From positions 12,214,001-12,278,000 of the forward strand of contig NW_024704745.1 in the NCBI RefSeq assembly GCF_018977255.1: a stretch of 64,000 bases of DNA, in the 5' to 3' direction. A model generated the notes under the pieces. That model ran no database searches. It was not told where the DNA came from and was given only the letters and a program-made list of their open reading frames with translations. Origin of the DNA: Callorhinchus milii. Its lineage: Eukaryota. Each line of letters begins with the position of its first letter. Positions within the stretch are counted from its first letter, which is position 1. Shown one piece after another: positions 63,612 to 64,000 of this stretch. The position numbers and the translations under genes were made by a program.

Positions 63612-63760
63612 AAGACACCGAAGGCGAGAGATCGCAGCGTGCGTTTGCTGTGATGTATTTAGTGTAAGTTGTGAACGTGCTTTGCAACTTCATTTCCCAA
63701 TATTCGCCTTTTTCGATGTGTTCCCGTAGAGAGGTCTCATTGACGCTTTAAAAAGGAGCA
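62900..63760. promoter_or_regulatory. CpG-rich region, probable promoter or 5'UTR of an unidentified neighbouring transcript
   Basis: Dense CpG relative to the CpG-depleted window, with microsatellites typical of 5'UTRs; no convincing CDS. Confidence 0.4.
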
Positions 63761-63783
63761 GTGGATGTGCCTTTTGCAATCGT

Positions 63784-64000
63784 GTCCTGGAGCTCAGTGG
63801 TGAGAGCACTCGACTTTGCAAGCGAGAGACCTGGGTTTAATTCCAGGCAGAGGGCGAAACCTTGGGCAAGTTTCCTTACTCCACACAGAGCCTAATAATA
63901 ATCCCTCCAAAAACCCAAAACAATAATTAAATTGGTCATTTTCAATCCGCGACTGTTTGCGGGACATTGCTGCGCGCAATTGGCCGCCGCGTTCGCCCAC
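63784..64000 (+). mobile_element. tRNA-derived SINE, short subfamily, cut by the window edge
   Basis: Head and core. Confidence 0.9.

Noticed and set aside
63006-63653. 215-aa ORF as a gene
   Set aside because: Runs through (CT)n and (AG)n repeats and has no recognisable domain.

Overview
Vertebrate genomic DNA, most likely a cartilaginous fish and probably a holocephalan (inferred from the dominant tRNA-derived SINE, L2, CR1 and Penelope repeats and compact introns). Two housekeeping genes are reconstructed exon by exon: the last 9 exons of TTF2 (+, 307-6562) and all of TRIM45 (+, 19243-28912). Around them lies an immune Ig-superfamily cluster. It holds four non-rearranging receptor genes with a J-like motif built into the V exon. 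One is intact: leader-V-C1-TM(Arg)-short tail (-, 12.2-14.3 kb). One is an inverted paralogue with intact leader-V-C1 and no clear TM exon (+, 61.3-62.8 kb). Two are pseudogenes: V-TM(Arg) (+, 31.9-35.9 kb) and leader-V-C1 (-, 43.2-45.4 kb). Interleaved with them are two B7-family (VTCN1/HHLA2-like) V-C genes, one apparently intact (+, 52.7-56.4 kb) and one broken (-, 38.4-40.2 kb). The receptors combine NKp30/NCR3 hallmarks (TGNGT G-strand, TM arginine, short tail) with an antigen-receptor-type C1 domain. Their C1 exons appear homogenised by gene conversion. No RSS was seen. Exon coordinates were checked by hand for splice sites and phase; repeat boundaries are approximate; family assignments come from remembered motifs, not database searches.
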